Numbered from the stretch's first letter, positions 8,295 to 18,339 are shown. The stretch: DNA of 64,000 nucleotides from Candidatus Fimenecus sp. (GCA_045631225.1 JAZQUG010000044.1:46700-110699), one strand, 5' to 3'. Numbers and translations: made by a program. Notes: generated by a model from the letters alone, not told the origin.

Positions 8295-8323
8295 ATTGTA
8301 ACATAAAAAAGAATGGTATGCAA
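8295..8323 (-). promoter_or_regulatory. Candidate promoter of the thyX operon
   Basis: On the minus strand: TTGCAT, 17-nt spacer, TACAAT. Confidence 0.45.
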
Positions 8324-8342
8324 TAACTGTTTTATCCACGGC

Positions 8343-8354
8343 AAATTATAATTT
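8343..8354. repeat. AAATTATAATTT palindrome (copy 2), between the divergent thyX and tmk promoters
   Basis: Perfect 12-mer with no attached GGGG-type element (a naked copy). Confidence 0.6.
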
Positions 8355-8370
8355 TTATTTGCAATTATTA

Positions 8371-8399
8371 TTGTATTATTAAAAGTTTTTTGTTATAAT
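8371..8399 (+). promoter_or_regulatory. Candidate promoter of the tmk operon
   Basis: TTGTAT, 17-nt spacer, TATAAT with extended -10 TGT (8391-8399). Confidence 0.45.
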
Positions 8400-8436
8400 G
8401 TATTTTGTATAATTATGAATAGTGGTGCATTATATT

Positions 8437-9102
8437 ATGAACAAAAAAATGATTGTAATTGAAGGTCTTGACGGAAGCGGAAAATCAACTCAGGTTGAGT
8501 TTCTTAAAAGCAGACTTCTTGAAAATAATATAAGTCTTCGTCAGATTAAACTTCCTGATTATGACAACAAGTCAAGTACACTTGTAAAAATGTATCTTAA
8601 CGGTGAATTCGGCAGTAATCCCGCTGATGTAAACATCTATTCAGCATCCCTTTTTTATGCTGTTGACAGATATGCAAGTTACAAGAACATCTGGGGTGAT
8701 GATTACAACAACGGTACACTTATTCTTGCTGACAGATACACAACATCAAACGCTGTTCACCAGACCGTAAAGCTTCCGAAAGAAGAATGGGACAAGTATC
8801 TCCAGTGGCTTTTCCACACAGAATATGAAATGATGGAAATTCCAAAACCTGATGCAGTAATTTATCTTGATATGGATGTTGACATTTCACAACGCCTTAT
8901 GTCAAAAAGATACAATGGTGAGGAAACTAAAAAGGACGTTCACGAGGCTAATGTAGGCTACCTTAAATCCTGTCGTGAGGCTGCACTTTATACTGCTGAT
9001 AAGTTCGGTTGGAATGTAGTTAAGTGTTTTGATGGTGACGAACCACTTTCAATCGAAGAAATCGGAAACAAAATTTACAACATTGTTGAGGAGATTTTAT
9101 AA
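8437..9102 (+). CDS. tmk: Thymidylate (dTMP) kinase
   Basis: P-loop EGLDGSGKST and the DRY motif (ADRYTTSN). I prefer ATG 8437 to the GTG at 8422. Confidence 0.8.
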   Translation: MNKKMIVIEGLDGSGKSTQVEFLKSRLLENNISLRQIKLPDYDNKSSTLVKMYLNGEFGSNPADVNIYSASLFYAVDRYASYKNIWGDDYNNGTLILADRYTTSNAVHQTVKLPKEEWDKYLQWLFHTEYEMMEIPKPDAVIYLDMDVDISQRLMSKRYNGEETKKDVHEANVGYLKSCREAALYTADKFGWNVVKCFDGDEPLSIEEIGNKIYNIVEEIL

Positions 9103-9986
9103 TGGAGTTTCGCTCTCCTGCTTTAACCGATAAACAATGGGTTGAAGAAGCATTTTTAAACGGAAATACAGATTGCTGTGAATACTGTTTCGGCAATATT
9201 TATATGTGGTCTGATATTTATGATAATAAAATATTCAATGATAACGGAATTTTTGTTTCTGCCGATTTTACGGATAAACCTATTTTCTGCTATCCTATCG
9301 GCGATGGCAACAAAAAATCAACTATCGAAAAGCTCATTGAATACGCAAAAGATAATAATATTGAATTGGAATTTTTCGGTATGACAGAAAAGGATAAGGA
9401 TGAACTGAATTCCCTTTTCCCCGACCAATTCCACATAGAAGAAACACGTGACTTTTTCGATTATGTTTACCGTTCGGAGGATTTAGCAAACTTGTCCGGC
9501 CGAAAATATCACAGCAAGAAAAATCACGCTTCATATTTCGAAAAAAACTTCGATTGGAAATATGAGCCCATAAATGAGAACAATATCGAACAATGCTTGC
9601 TTCTCAACAGTCATTGGGAGGGCTTGAATTTACAGAAAAACCCCGAGGAAATCTCTGAGGAAAGTCTTGCGATTCAAAAAGCACTGAAAAATTATTTTCA
9701 GTTAGACTTTGAAGGTGGCGTGCTGACAATTCAGGGTGAAATTGTTGCTTTCACCTTTGGTGAAAGACTTAACCACAACACATTCTGTACTCACGTTGAA
9801 AAGGCTTATGGAAATGTTCGTGGTGCTTATCAGATGATTAATCGTGAATTCGCACGACAACTCAAAGACAGATATGAATTTATAAACCGTGAAGAGGATA
9901 CGGGAAGTGAGGGCCTCAGACGAGCAAAGCTTTCTTATCATCCTCATAGATTGGTAATTAAATATTCGGCAATTTACAAAGGATAG
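9102..9986 (+). CDS. DUF2156 (MprF C-terminal-like, GNAT-fold) domain protein
   Basis: 294 aa with a typical N-terminal region (CEYCFGNIYMW). The start overlaps the tmk stop (TAATG). Confidence 0.65.
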   Translation: MEFRSPALTDKQWVEEAFLNGNTDCCEYCFGNIYMWSDIYDNKIFNDNGIFVSADFTDKPIFCYPIGDGNKKSTIEKLIEYAKDNNIELEFFGMTEKDKDELNSLFPDQFHIEETRDFFDYVYRSEDLANLSGRKYHSKKNHASYFEKNFDWKYEPINENNIEQCLLLNSHWEGLNLQKNPEEISEESLAIQKALKNYFQLDFEGGVLTIQGEIVAFTFGERLNHNTFCTHVEKAYGNVRGAYQMINREFARQLKDRYEFINREEDTGSEGLRRAKLSYHPHRLVIKYSAIYKG

Positions 9987-9989
9987 TTT

Positions 9990-10709
9990 ATGATTACTTT
10001 TGCTGACAGAAACGATAAAACTCAATTAGAAAAAATGTGGCAGAGCATTTTCCTTGAAGAGCCGCAGGTTGTGGAGAGCTTTTTTGAAAATGTATTTGAT
10101 TTCACAGTAACGCCTGTTATAAAAATCGATAATGAAATTGTTTCATCATTATTCTTATTGGACTGCAAAATCGGTGATTATAAAGGCAAATGTGTTTACT
10201 GTGCTATGACGAAATATGCTCACAGAGGCAAGGGTTATATGAAAAAACTTCTTGATTTTTCATATAACTACTGTAAAGAGAATAGTTTTGATTTTCTTTT
10301 TCTTGTTCCTGCTGAAAAGTCACTTTTTGATTATTACAAAACTTGTGGTTTTATTACATTTGGCGTCAGCAGAGTTCACACTATAAATGATACAATTCCA
10401 CCTGAAAGAGAATTGTTGAAATGTGAATACGAAATAAAATTTGACGATTCTGTTGTAGAATACTGGAAAAACACTTGTACAGTTTACGGTGGAGAAGTTG
10501 CCGAGTTCGGACTTGTTTTTTCTGATGAAGAAACCTTTATCAGAAATGCAAAAGGAAATTATGAAAACATTCCTGAAAAATACAAAAAATCAGGAACAAC
10601 AATCAAAGGCAACATAAGCTTTGGTGAAAATTACTCACCTGCTATGATAAAAACTGAAACCACAGAACTTAAAAATGTTATTTGTTATATTGGAATTACA
10701 TTAGAATAG
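9990..10709 (+). CDS. GNAT-family N-acetyltransferase
   Basis: Acetyl-CoA-binding-like segment AHRGKGYMKKLL. Confidence 0.65.
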   Translation: MITFADRNDKTQLEKMWQSIFLEEPQVVESFFENVFDFTVTPVIKIDNEIVSSLFLLDCKIGDYKGKCVYCAMTKYAHRGKGYMKKLLDFSYNYCKENSFDFLFLVPAEKSLFDYYKTCGFITFGVSRVHTINDTIPPERELLKCEYEIKFDDSVVEYWKNTCTVYGGEVAEFGLVFSDEETFIRNAKGNYENIPEKYKKSGTTIKGNISFGENYSPAMIKTETTELKNVICYIGITLE

Positions 10710-10719
10710 GAGCAGAATT

Positions 10720-11268
10720 ATGATTTATGTTTTTTTAGCACCGGGATTTGAAGAAATTGAAGCATTGGCAGTTGTCGACGTGTTAAGACGAGTAGAACTC
10801 AAGGTTTTAACAGTTGGCGTGGGTGAAGATTTTGTGATTGGTTCACATCAAATTCCTGTTGCTGCTGATATCAGTGAAAAGGCTCTTGTCCTTGACGATA
10901 CAGTTGAGGCTATTGTTCTCCCCGGTGGTATGCCGGGAACTTTAAACCTTGAAAAAAGTCCTGTTGTGCAAAAAGCAATTGATTGGGCTGTAGAAAACGA
11001 CAAATTAATCTGTGCAATCTGTGCTGCTCCGTCAATTTTAGGTCACAAAGGTCTCTTGGATGGCAAAAAAGCAACCTGCTTCCCGGGATTTCAGGATGAG
11101 CTTTTCGGTGCAGATGTTACAAATGATTTTGTTGAAACAGATGGTAACTTCATCACTGCAAAAGGCATGGGTAGTGCAGTTGAATTTGGTCTCAGGATTG
11201 CTGAAGCTCTTGCAAATCCTCTTGAAATAAAGAAAATCCGTGCATCTTTACAGATTTATAATGGATAA
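10720..11268 (+). CDS. DJ-1/PfpI/ThiJ family protein
   Basis: 182 aa with the nucleophile-elbow motif AICAAPSILG. Confidence 0.85.
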   Translation: MIYVFLAPGFEEIEALAVVDVLRRVELKVLTVGVGEDFVIGSHQIPVAADISEKALVLDDTVEAIVLPGGMPGTLNLEKSPVVQKAIDWAVENDKLICAICAAPSILGHKGLLDGKKATCFPGFQDELFGADVTNDFVETDGNFITAKGMGSAVEFGLRIAEALANPLEIKKIRASLQIYNG

Positions 11269-11824
11269 AAAAGATATTAGAAAAACGCTGAAAGAAAAGC
11301 GTAAAAATATTTCCAAAGAAAAAAAGATAATATACGATAAGGCGATAAGTGAAACAATCACTGCTTCCGATTACTTTAAAAATGCAAAGCAAGTTCTGGT
11401 GTTTTCTTCAACTGATGACGAATTTGACACAAGCTATATAATTGAGCGTTGTCGCAATGATGGAAAATCAATTTTCTATCCTGTTTGTACTGACAGCAAC
11501 GGAAATATGAAGTTTTTTAAAGTTGATTCCAAGAACGACTTAACAGTTGGAATGTATGGTATTTCAGAACCGAAGCCTTATTGTAAAGAGTATACACCAA
11601 AAGAAAATGATATTATCATTGTGCCGTGCCTTTCCGTTGATAAAAACGGATATCGAATCGGTTACGGCAAAGGATATTACGACAGATTCTTAAAAAATTT
11701 TAATGGTGTTAGTATTTGTCCGTGTCACGAAGAAATGTTGACAGATACTTTGCCCACAGACGAATATGATATTAAAGTAAATATTATCGTGACACAAAAT
11801 TCAACAAAGGAGGTAATCCTGTGA
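11261..11824 (+). CDS. 5-formyltetrahydrofolate cyclo-ligase
   Basis: GYGKGYYDRFL motif. ATG at 11261 overlaps the upstream stop. Confidence 0.85.
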   Translation: MDKKDIRKTLKEKRKNISKEKKIIYDKAISETITASDYFKNAKQVLVFSSTDDEFDTSYIIERCRNDGKSIFYPVCTDSNGNMKFFKVDSKNDLTVGMYGISEPKPYCKEYTPKENDIIIVPCLSVDKNGYRIGYGKGYYDRFLKNFNGVSICPCHEEMLTDTLPTDEYDIKVNIIVTQNSTKEVIL

Positions 11825-13395
11825 GTAAATTTCAAGATGAATTTTCAAACAATTCTTATGAAGACCTTTTAAATGAATACGCAGGGAACTCTATTACAAG
11901 CAAACCAATCAAAAATCCTGAAGAAAGAAAAAGTGCTCCTGTTTACCGTGAACAACCGGATTCAAGCCGTGACATTTCTTCATTCAGTGATAATTTTCCT
12001 GCAGACGAAAAGAAAAAGGCTCAATCTTTTGATATTGACTTATTAAAAGCTTACGAAGAGCCTGTTCAAAGACGACCTGTAAAAAAGGAAGAACCACAGA
12101 ATAAAGGCAAGTTCACAGTTAACGCTGACAATGCCAAAACTTTTGCAATCGGTGTTGTTAACAAAGTGAGAACTGTTGCTGACAATATAAGAGAAAATGC
12201 AAATGCAGCTGCTGAGCAAGTTAAAGAACAAAATGCAGAGCAAATATCAGAAGATATTGAAAACAACAATAAAAAGAAGAAAAAGAAAATTACTTTTGCA
12301 GATGTTGTTGGTCATACTGTAAACTCATTTCGTGAAAATAAACAGCAATTTGTAGCATTTGGTTGCTGTCTTCTTGTATCATTTATACTCGCAGGCTTTG
12401 CCATCAGTTGTGTCAACGATGTTTTTGCCATAAACCGTGACGGTGAAGAAACAATTGAAGTTGTTTTACCTGATAACGCTGATACGGCTGAAGCAATAAA
12501 AGTTCTTGATAAAGCAGGACTTATCAAAAACAGCATTTTCTGTAATTTATTTGCCAAGGTTATGGGTGTCAGTGATGACAATTATCTTGCAGGTATTTAC
12601 TATTTTACAGATGATATGGGTATTGAAAAAATGCTCACTCGGTTTAAGACAAGTAGTACAAGAGGCACTATTATAAGCATCACAATTCCTGAGGGCTATA
12701 CTGTTGACCAGGTATTTGAAAGACTTGAAAAGAATAATATCTGTACAAAAGAATCTCTTTACAGAATTCTCGATACTGTTGATTTCGGTAACGAATATGA
12801 CTTCATTGCAAAAATCGATAACAAAGATGAACGATACTGTATTCTTGAGGGTTATCTTTTCCCTGCTACCTACGAATTTGAGCAAGGTGCTGAACCGGGT
12901 TCTGTTATCCGTAAATTCCTTAACACTTTTAACTCACGCTGGTCAGAGGAATATGCTGCAAAGGCTACAGAGCTTGGAATGAGTGTTGACGAAATAATCA
13001 CACTTGCATCAATTCTTGAAAAAGAAGGTACAGGTGAAGGTCAGTTCCTCCAGATTTCTTCTGTTCTTCACAACAGACTTAACCGTTCAGGACTTTATCC
13101 GACACTTGACTGTAACTCAACCAAGGACTATGTAAAAAACACTATTGCAAAGCGTATTACAACTCCTGAAATCAACAAATATGTTGTAAGCTATAACACT
13201 TATGAAATTGCAGGTTTGCCACCAAGTGCTATCTGTAATCCCGGATTAGATGCTATTGAATCAGCTCTTTTCCCTACTCCATCACAGAATTATTTCTTCA
13301 GACACGATAAAAACAACAAAATTTACCTTGCTGAAACTATTGAAGAGCATAATGCAAACGGTAGAGAAGTTCAGCGTGTAAATTCAGGAGGTTAA
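11821..13395 (+). CDS. mltG: Endolytic murein transglycosylase MltG (YceG-like) with a long disordered N-terminus
   Basis: One TM helix, then the YceG domain (LEGYLFPATYEF). GTG start has a GGAGG RBS. Confidence 0.85.
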   Translation: MSKFQDEFSNNSYEDLLNEYAGNSITSKPIKNPEERKSAPVYREQPDSSRDISSFSDNFPADEKKKAQSFDIDLLKAYEEPVQRRPVKKEEPQNKGKFTVNADNAKTFAIGVVNKVRTVADNIRENANAAAEQVKEQNAEQISEDIENNNKKKKKKITFADVVGHTVNSFRENKQQFVAFGCCLLVSFILAGFAISCVNDVFAINRDGEETIEVVLPDNADTAEAIKVLDKAGLIKNSIFCNLFAKVMGVSDDNYLAGIYYFTDDMGIEKMLTRFKTSSTRGTIISITIPEGYTVDQVFERLEKNNICTKESLYRILDTVDFGNEYDFIAKIDNKDERYCILEGYLFPATYEFEQGAEPGSVIRKFLNTFNSRWSEEYAAKATELGMSVDEIITLASILEKEGTGEGQFLQISSVLHNRLNRSGLYPTLDCNSTKDYVKNTIAKRITTPEINKYVVSYNTYEIAGLPPSAICNPGLDAIESALFPTPSQNYFFRHDKNNKIYLAETIEEHNANGREVQRVNSGG

Positions 13396-13396
13396 A

Positions 13397-14617
13397 ATGA
13401 TTATACCTGAATTATTAGCTCCTGCCGGTGACAGAGAGCGACTTGAAGCCGCTTTAATGTATGGTGCAGATGCAGTTTATCTCGGTGGTGACGCTTTTGG
13501 TATGCGTGCAGCACCACAGAATTTCAATTTTGAACAATTAAAAGAAGCCGTTGACCTTTGCCATGCAAAGGGGGTTAAGGTTTATCTGACTTGCAATACA
13601 TTAGCTCGTAATGATGAGATTTTAAAATTACCCGAATACCTTGAGAGATGGGCTGACATTGGCGTTGATGCATTTATTGTTGCAGATATCGGTGTATTGT
13701 CACTTTGTAAAAAATATGCACCAAATGTACCTATTCACATCTCAACTCAGGCCGGTATCGTAAACCACGTTACTGCAAATGAGTTTTATAATATGGGAGC
13801 TTCACGAGTTGTTACTGCACGAGAATTATCAATGACAGAAATTGCTGAAATCCGAGCAAAAGTACCAAAGGAACTTGAAATCGAATGTTTCGTTCACGGT
13901 GCTATGTGCGTGTCGTTCTCAGGCAGATGCTTACTTTCAAACTATCTTGTAAACCGTGATGCTAACCGTGGCGAGTGTGCTCAGCCATGTCGTTGGGAAT
14001 ACGCTATTATGGAAGTTAAGCGTGATGGAATGTACTTCCCTATTCAGGACTCAAAGGAAGGTACATATATTCTCAACTCAAAGGATATGTGTATGATTGA
14101 ACACATCCCTGAAATGGTCAAGGCAGGTATCAGTAGCTTTAAAATCGAAGGCAGAGCAAAATCTGCATATTATGCTGCAGTTGTCACAAATGCTTACAGA
14201 GTTGCTATTGACGAATATCTTAAGAATCCGTCAGATGACTTTAAACCATCTCAATGGGTTATTGATGAGGTTTATAAGGTAAGCTATCGTGACTATTGCA
14301 CAGGATTTTACTTCAATGCTCCTAACGAAGATGCTAATATCAGCTTTGAGGGTAGATATAAGCGTCATTATGATGTAATGGCAGAGGTTAAGGAGTGTAA
14401 AGACGGATATATCATAGCAGAGCAGAGAAACAAATTCTCCCGTGGTGATGTGCTTGATGCACTTCAACCGTCAACTGAGCCTGTTGTTTTCACAGCAGAC
14501 GAGCTTTTTGACGGAAATGACAATGAAATCGAGTCAGCACCACATCCGATGATGACAGTTAAAATCAAGAGTGATTTGGTATTCCCAAAAGGAACACTTT
14601 TGAGAAAAGAGAAATAG
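13397..14617 (+). CDS. Peptidase U32 family protein
   Basis: PELLAPAGD N-terminus and the U32 signature E.F.HGAMC.S.SGRC. Confidence 0.85.
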   Translation: MIIPELLAPAGDRERLEAALMYGADAVYLGGDAFGMRAAPQNFNFEQLKEAVDLCHAKGVKVYLTCNTLARNDEILKLPEYLERWADIGVDAFIVADIGVLSLCKKYAPNVPIHISTQAGIVNHVTANEFYNMGASRVVTARELSMTEIAEIRAKVPKELEIECFVHGAMCVSFSGRCLLSNYLVNRDANRGECAQPCRWEYAIMEVKRDGMYFPIQDSKEGTYILNSKDMCMIEHIPEMVKAGISSFKIEGRAKSAYYAAVVTNAYRVAIDEYLKNPSDDFKPSQWVIDEVYKVSYRDYCTGFYFNAPNEDANISFEGRYKRHYDVMAEVKECKDGYIIAEQRNKFSRGDVLDALQPSTEPVVFTADELFDGNDNEIESAPHPMMTVKIKSDLVFPKGTLLRKEK

Positions 14618-14626
14618 GGTTGTTTT

Positions 14627-15367
14627 ATGGTATTAAAATTACTATTAGCACTTTGTTATGTTCTGTTCTTTATATTTTTACCGCTTTATGACAAAGCATA
14701 TTGGCCGGAACCAACAAAGAAATCACTTTCATTTAAAATAGTTGCTGCTACCATGTTCGTTGCTATCGGTTTTATCGGTATGCTTATAACAGGTAATAAG
14801 ACTCCGTTTGCATATACAATGATTATAGGACTTATCTGTGGTTGGTTTGGTGATATACTGATGCATATCCCATCCAAAAAGAATATGACTTGCCTTTACA
14901 TAGGTGCAGCAGGATTCCTTGTAGGACACATTTTCTATGTTGCAGCTTTTGTAAATGCTACAAAAGCACTTGTGACTGATTATAAAATCATCACTATGCC
15001 TGAACTTATTGCATTCTTAATTGTTTATTTAGCATTTATATTAATGCTTAAGCCAGTTTTCAAATTTAATTTTGATTCTAAATTTCTGCAATATGGATTG
15101 TATATTTACGGAATTTTCCTTATAGGGATGTTATTTAAAGTTATCGGATTTGCAATTACATATTTTAAATACGGTGCAACAAACAACATGATTTCAATGA
15201 TTATACTTATTGTTGCAGGATTCAGCTTCTTTACTTCCGACTTAACACTTGGTATAAGACTTTTAGGTGGAAGAAAAGACAGTAAATTCATTAAATCATT
15301 AAGTTTATATACATATTTCTTTGCACAGTTACTACTTTCAACATCAATTTTATTTATCAAAGCATAG
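14627..15367 (+). CDS. YhhN-family (lysoplasmalogenase-like) integral membrane protein
   Basis: 246 aa, about 8 TM helices, WFGDILMH motif. Confidence 0.55.
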   Translation: MVLKLLLALCYVLFFIFLPLYDKAYWPEPTKKSLSFKIVAATMFVAIGFIGMLITGNKTPFAYTMIIGLICGWFGDILMHIPSKKNMTCLYIGAAGFLVGHIFYVAAFVNATKALVTDYKIITMPELIAFLIVYLAFILMLKPVFKFNFDSKFLQYGLYIYGIFLIGMLFKVIGFAITYFKYGATNNMISMIILIVAGFSFFTSDLTLGIRLLGGRKDSKFIKSLSLYTYFFAQLLLSTSILFIKA

Positions 15368-15379
15368 GATGAAACATAT

Positions 15380-16051
15380 ATGAGACCAAGAAAAATCAGA
15401 AACCTTACAACAAGACGAGAAAACTGTACAGATTTAAGAATTCCATATACACTTGAATCTTTTGATTTTCGTACAAACGAAAAAAATGAAAACCTTTTTG
15501 ACCTTGACGAAATTTTTGGAAGAAAAGCTCCGCTCGTAATGGAAATTGGCTGTGGTAAAGGACAGTTTGTTTGCGAATATGCAAAACGCAATCCTGACAA
15601 AAATATTATCGCAGTTGAATGTGTACCAACGGTTTTAGTTGAAGCTTGTGAAAGAGTTAAGAAAGAAAATATTGAAAACATCCGTTTTCTTGAAATGAAA
15701 GCAGAATATCTTCCTTTATTTATGGAGGATAATACAGTTTGTGAAATTTATCTTAATTTCAGTACACCATATCCAAAATCCCGCCACGAAAGTCACCGAC
15801 TCACAAGCAAAGGATTTTTAGATATTTACAAGAAGCTTCTTTGTGACGACGGATTTATTGCACAAAAAACTGACAGCCAATGTTTATTTGAGTATTCGCT
15901 TGAAAGCTTTTCACAAAACGGATTCCGTCTTTCTGAAATCTCACTTGATTTACATAAAAGTGATTTTGAAGATAATATTGTTACAGAATATGAAGAGAAG
16001 TTTGTAAATCAAGGTTTACCAATTTACAGACTTGTTGCTCGACTTAAATAA
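15380..16051 (+). CDS. trmB: tRNA (guanine46-N7)-methyltransferase
   Basis: SAM-binding motif EIGCGKGQF plus family-typical length and sequence. Confidence 0.9.
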   Translation: MRPRKIRNLTTRRENCTDLRIPYTLESFDFRTNEKNENLFDLDEIFGRKAPLVMEIGCGKGQFVCEYAKRNPDKNIIAVECVPTVLVEACERVKKENIENIRFLEMKAEYLPLFMEDNTVCEIYLNFSTPYPKSRHESHRLTSKGFLDIYKKLLCDDGFIAQKTDSQCLFEYSLESFSQNGFRLSEISLDLHKSDFEDNIVTEYEEKFVNQGLPIYRLVARLK

Positions 16052-16071
16052 ACAAACTTGTTGAATAACTC

Positions 16072-16083
16072 AAATTATAATAG
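16072..16083. repeat. Imperfect copy (AAATTATAATAG) of the palindrome, just after the trmB stop
   Basis: 10 of 12 positions match AAATTATAATTT. Confidence 0.35.
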
Positions 16084-16097
16084 TCAATATAACCAAC

Positions 16098-16136
16098 AGA
16101 CCATTTGTTTTTTCGTGAAATAAATGGTCTTTTTTA
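16098..16136 (+). terminator. Intrinsic terminator of the tmk-trmB operon
   Basis: AGACCATTT ... AAATGGTCT stem followed by TTTTT. Confidence 0.7.
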
Positions 16137-16187
16137 TTATATATTCATATGGTATAATTATATGAATAATATTTAAGGTGGGATCTT

Positions 16188-17663
16188 ATGAGTAACACAG
16201 TTACAAAAACCAATGAACAAAAACACGTTGGTAAAAGTGAATTTGTTCTGTACTTAATGGGTGTATTCTTCTACACCACAATGACAGGTATGGTAGGCGG
16301 TAACAGAAACGCATATCTCGTTAACGTTTTGAGACTTCCTGAAGAACAGACTTCTCTCTTCAACCTGCTCACATCAATCATTCCATTTGTTCTCAACTTC
16401 TTTATCGTTATGTATATCGACGGAAGAAGAATGGGTAAGGGTGGAAAATTCAGACCTATTGCAATGCTTGTTGCAATTCCAATGGCAATCGTTATGGTAC
16501 TTTCTTTCTGGGCACCTTCAGGACTTACAGGTACTATTCTCTTTATTTACATTATTACTCTTGCAGTATTATGGAGTGTATTCGGTACATTTGGTAACTC
16601 AATCAATATGGTTGCAAATGTTATGACTCCAAACCTTAAAGAACGTGACCAGGTACTTTCTTTCCGTAGTATTTCAAGTGCGGTCGGCAACTCAGCACCT
16701 GTAGTTATTGTTCTTGTTGTTGGTCTTATCTGGAGTAAGGACAACCCTGCACTTATTGAAGCAGTTACAGGCACAAGTATCCGAAGCGTTGAAGGTCTTC
16801 AGTATATAATTTCAGCAGCACTTTGCAGTGTTGTTGGTGTTATTACAGTTCTTCTTGGTATGAAAATGGTTCGTGAAAGAACAGTTTATACCGCTGAAAA
16901 GAAAAATCCACTTGTTGGCTTTGTTGACATTATCAAGAACAAGTATGCATGGACAATTATCGTTTCAGAATTCTTAAAGAGCTTCCGTGGTATTGCTACA
17001 TATATGGAAGCATTTATTGCAGCTGCTGTTCTCGGAGATATTTCAAAGAAGATTCTCTTTGTTCTTCCTGTTGGTATCGGTACAGCTGTTGGTATGCTTG
17101 TAGTTAATTTCCTTTTAAAGAAATTCGATGCAAGACAGCTTTACATTGCATCCGGTATTTATTCACTTTGTGCAAACTGTGCTGCATTTGGTGTCGGTTA
17201 TGCTTATTTCACAACAGGAAATGGTATTTTACAGATTATTTTTATCGTATTCTTGTTCCTTATCGGTTTACAATTCGGTGCTTCAAACCTTCTTCCTTCT
17301 ATGTTCCAGGCAGACGTTCTTGAAGTAATTGAACTTAAAACAGGCAAACGTCTTGACGCATCTTTCCCGTTTGTTATCGGTATCGGTACACTTATCAGTG
17401 GTACAATCGCAAGTACAGTTGCACCACTCATCCTCTACGGTGATGGTTCAATCATCGGCTACATTCAGCCAACAGACCTTATACCAAACCCTGTTCAGAG
17501 TCTTGAAACAAAAGTTACTCTCCTCTTCTTCTACACAATTATGCACGGTATTATGATGTTCCTTGCAGGTGTTCCGTTCTTCTTCTACAAGCTTACAGGC
17601 AAAACTAAGGAAGATTTCCACAATGCACTTTTAGAAAAGCGTGCTGAAATGGAAAATAAATAA
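16188..17663 (+). CDS. GPH/MFS-family glycoside-cation symporter
   Basis: 491 aa, about 12 TM helices, resembles MelB/GPH-type transporters. Confidence 0.75.
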   Translation: MSNTVTKTNEQKHVGKSEFVLYLMGVFFYTTMTGMVGGNRNAYLVNVLRLPEEQTSLFNLLTSIIPFVLNFFIVMYIDGRRMGKGGKFRPIAMLVAIPMAIVMVLSFWAPSGLTGTILFIYIITLAVLWSVFGTFGNSINMVANVMTPNLKERDQVLSFRSISSAVGNSAPVVIVLVVGLIWSKDNPALIEAVTGTSIRSVEGLQYIISAALCSVVGVITVLLGMKMVRERTVYTAEKKNPLVGFVDIIKNKYAWTIIVSEFLKSFRGIATYMEAFIAAAVLGDISKKILFVLPVGIGTAVGMLVVNFLLKKFDARQLYIASGIYSLCANCAAFGVGYAYFTTGNGILQIIFIVFLFLIGLQFGASNLLPSMFQADVLEVIELKTGKRLDASFPFVIGIGTLISGTIASTVAPLILYGDGSIIGYIQPTDLIPNPVQSLETKVTLLFFYTIMHGIMMFLAGVPFFFYKLTGKTKEDFHNALLEKRAEMENK

Positions 17664-17682
17664 AACTGAACAGTTCATATAA

Positions 17683-17717
17683 ATACACTTGTCATAATTG
17701 GCAGGTGTATTTTTTTA
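17683..17717 (+). terminator. Intrinsic terminator
   Basis: ATACAC...GTGTAT hairpin followed by TTTTTTT. Confidence 0.6.
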
Positions 17718-17931
17718 TCTTTTAAAAAAACTGCACAAACTTTTTGACATTTCTCACAGTTTTTCAACTTTTAATTGTTACTTATTACCATAACATGCAA
17801 TTATATTTGTACATATTGAACAAAAATACATTTTTACTTTGTGAAATATTACACACCATGCAAAATTTTTTATTCACACTTTATTTGTGCAATATTAACA
17901 AATAATTAATAATTTTATTGTGCAAAAATAC

Positions 17932-17960
17932 TTGACATTTTGAATTTTTTCTGTTATTAT
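17932..17960 (+). promoter_or_regulatory. Near-consensus SigA promoter with no annotated gene downstream
   Basis: TTGACA (17932-17937), exactly 17 nt of spacer, then TATTAT (17955-17960). Confidence 0.65.
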
Positions 17961-17992
17961 ATAGCCACAACAGAATAAAGGAGGCGGTAATA

Positions 17993-18103
17993 GTGTATAA
18001 CGCCGAACAGGAGCAGATGAAAATCGCTGTTGAGTTACTTAGCGAAAAGTTCTCAATCAAGTCAATGCTCAAAGTTGTTCAGTTACTTAGCTTCGCAGCA
18101 TAA
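17993..18103 (+). CDS. Candidate 36-aa sORF (VYNAEQEQMKIAVELLSEKFSIKSMLKVVQLLSFAA)
   Basis: Hand-found and below the track cutoff. AAAGGAGG (17977-17984) lies 8 nt before GTG 17993. Stop is TAA at 18101-18103. The peptide is predicted to be amphipathic and helical. Confidence 0.45.
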   Translation: MYNAEQEQMKIAVELLSEKFSIKSMLKVVQLLSFAA

Positions 18104-18137
18104 AAGCTGAACAAAATTTTTCCTTTAGTTTGTTTAT

Positions 18138-18234
18138 AATTTCTGTGTGGTGGTTTTTCCAATCCCCAACAAATTTTCCCTTTCCTTTTTCATAAAGTAT
18201 AACACCAATCCCTATTTTCCACTACACAGAAATT
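18138..18234 (+). ncRNA. Candidate structured RNA: 16-bp stem enclosing a 65-nt C-rich, almost G-free loop
   Basis: AATTTCTGTGTGGTGG (18138-18153) pairs with CCACTACACAGAAATT (18219-18234), with one G-U pair. The loop carries CCAATCCCC, TTTTCCCTTTCC and CCAATCCCT. Confidence 0.3.
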
Positions 18235-18308
18235 TTTAATATATAGACTTCAAACAGTGAAGTCGCTTAATTCAGGTTTTTTCATAATAATTTTTCTCAT
18301 AAAAAGAA

Positions 18309-18339
18309 GGCTGTCACCTCGGTGACAGTTTTCTTTTTT
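18309..18339. terminator. Bidirectional intrinsic terminator
   Basis: CTGTCAC-CTCG-GTGACAG hairpin with a T-run on + and an A-run upstream. Confidence 0.65.

Noticed and set aside
8332-8340. TTATCCACG, a near-consensus DnaA box, between thyX and tmk
   Set aside because: It is a single isolated copy with one mismatch, there is no AT-rich unwinding-element context, and dnaA/dnaN are not nearby. It is compatible with chance.
15106-15681. 191-aa minus-strand ORF
   Set aside because: It lies antisense across the well-supported YhhN and trmB genes and has no family resemblance.
17840-17905. CRP/FNR-like TGTGAAATATTACACA (17840-17855) and Rex-like TTTGTGCAATATTAACAAA (17884-17902) upstream of the orphan promoter
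   Set aside because: Half-site spacing and sequence do not fit the Rex consensus TTGTTAA-N4-TTAACAA. The CRP-like site is a single imperfect palindrome in very AT-rich DNA. I mention them under the sORF finding only as TTGTGCA repeats.
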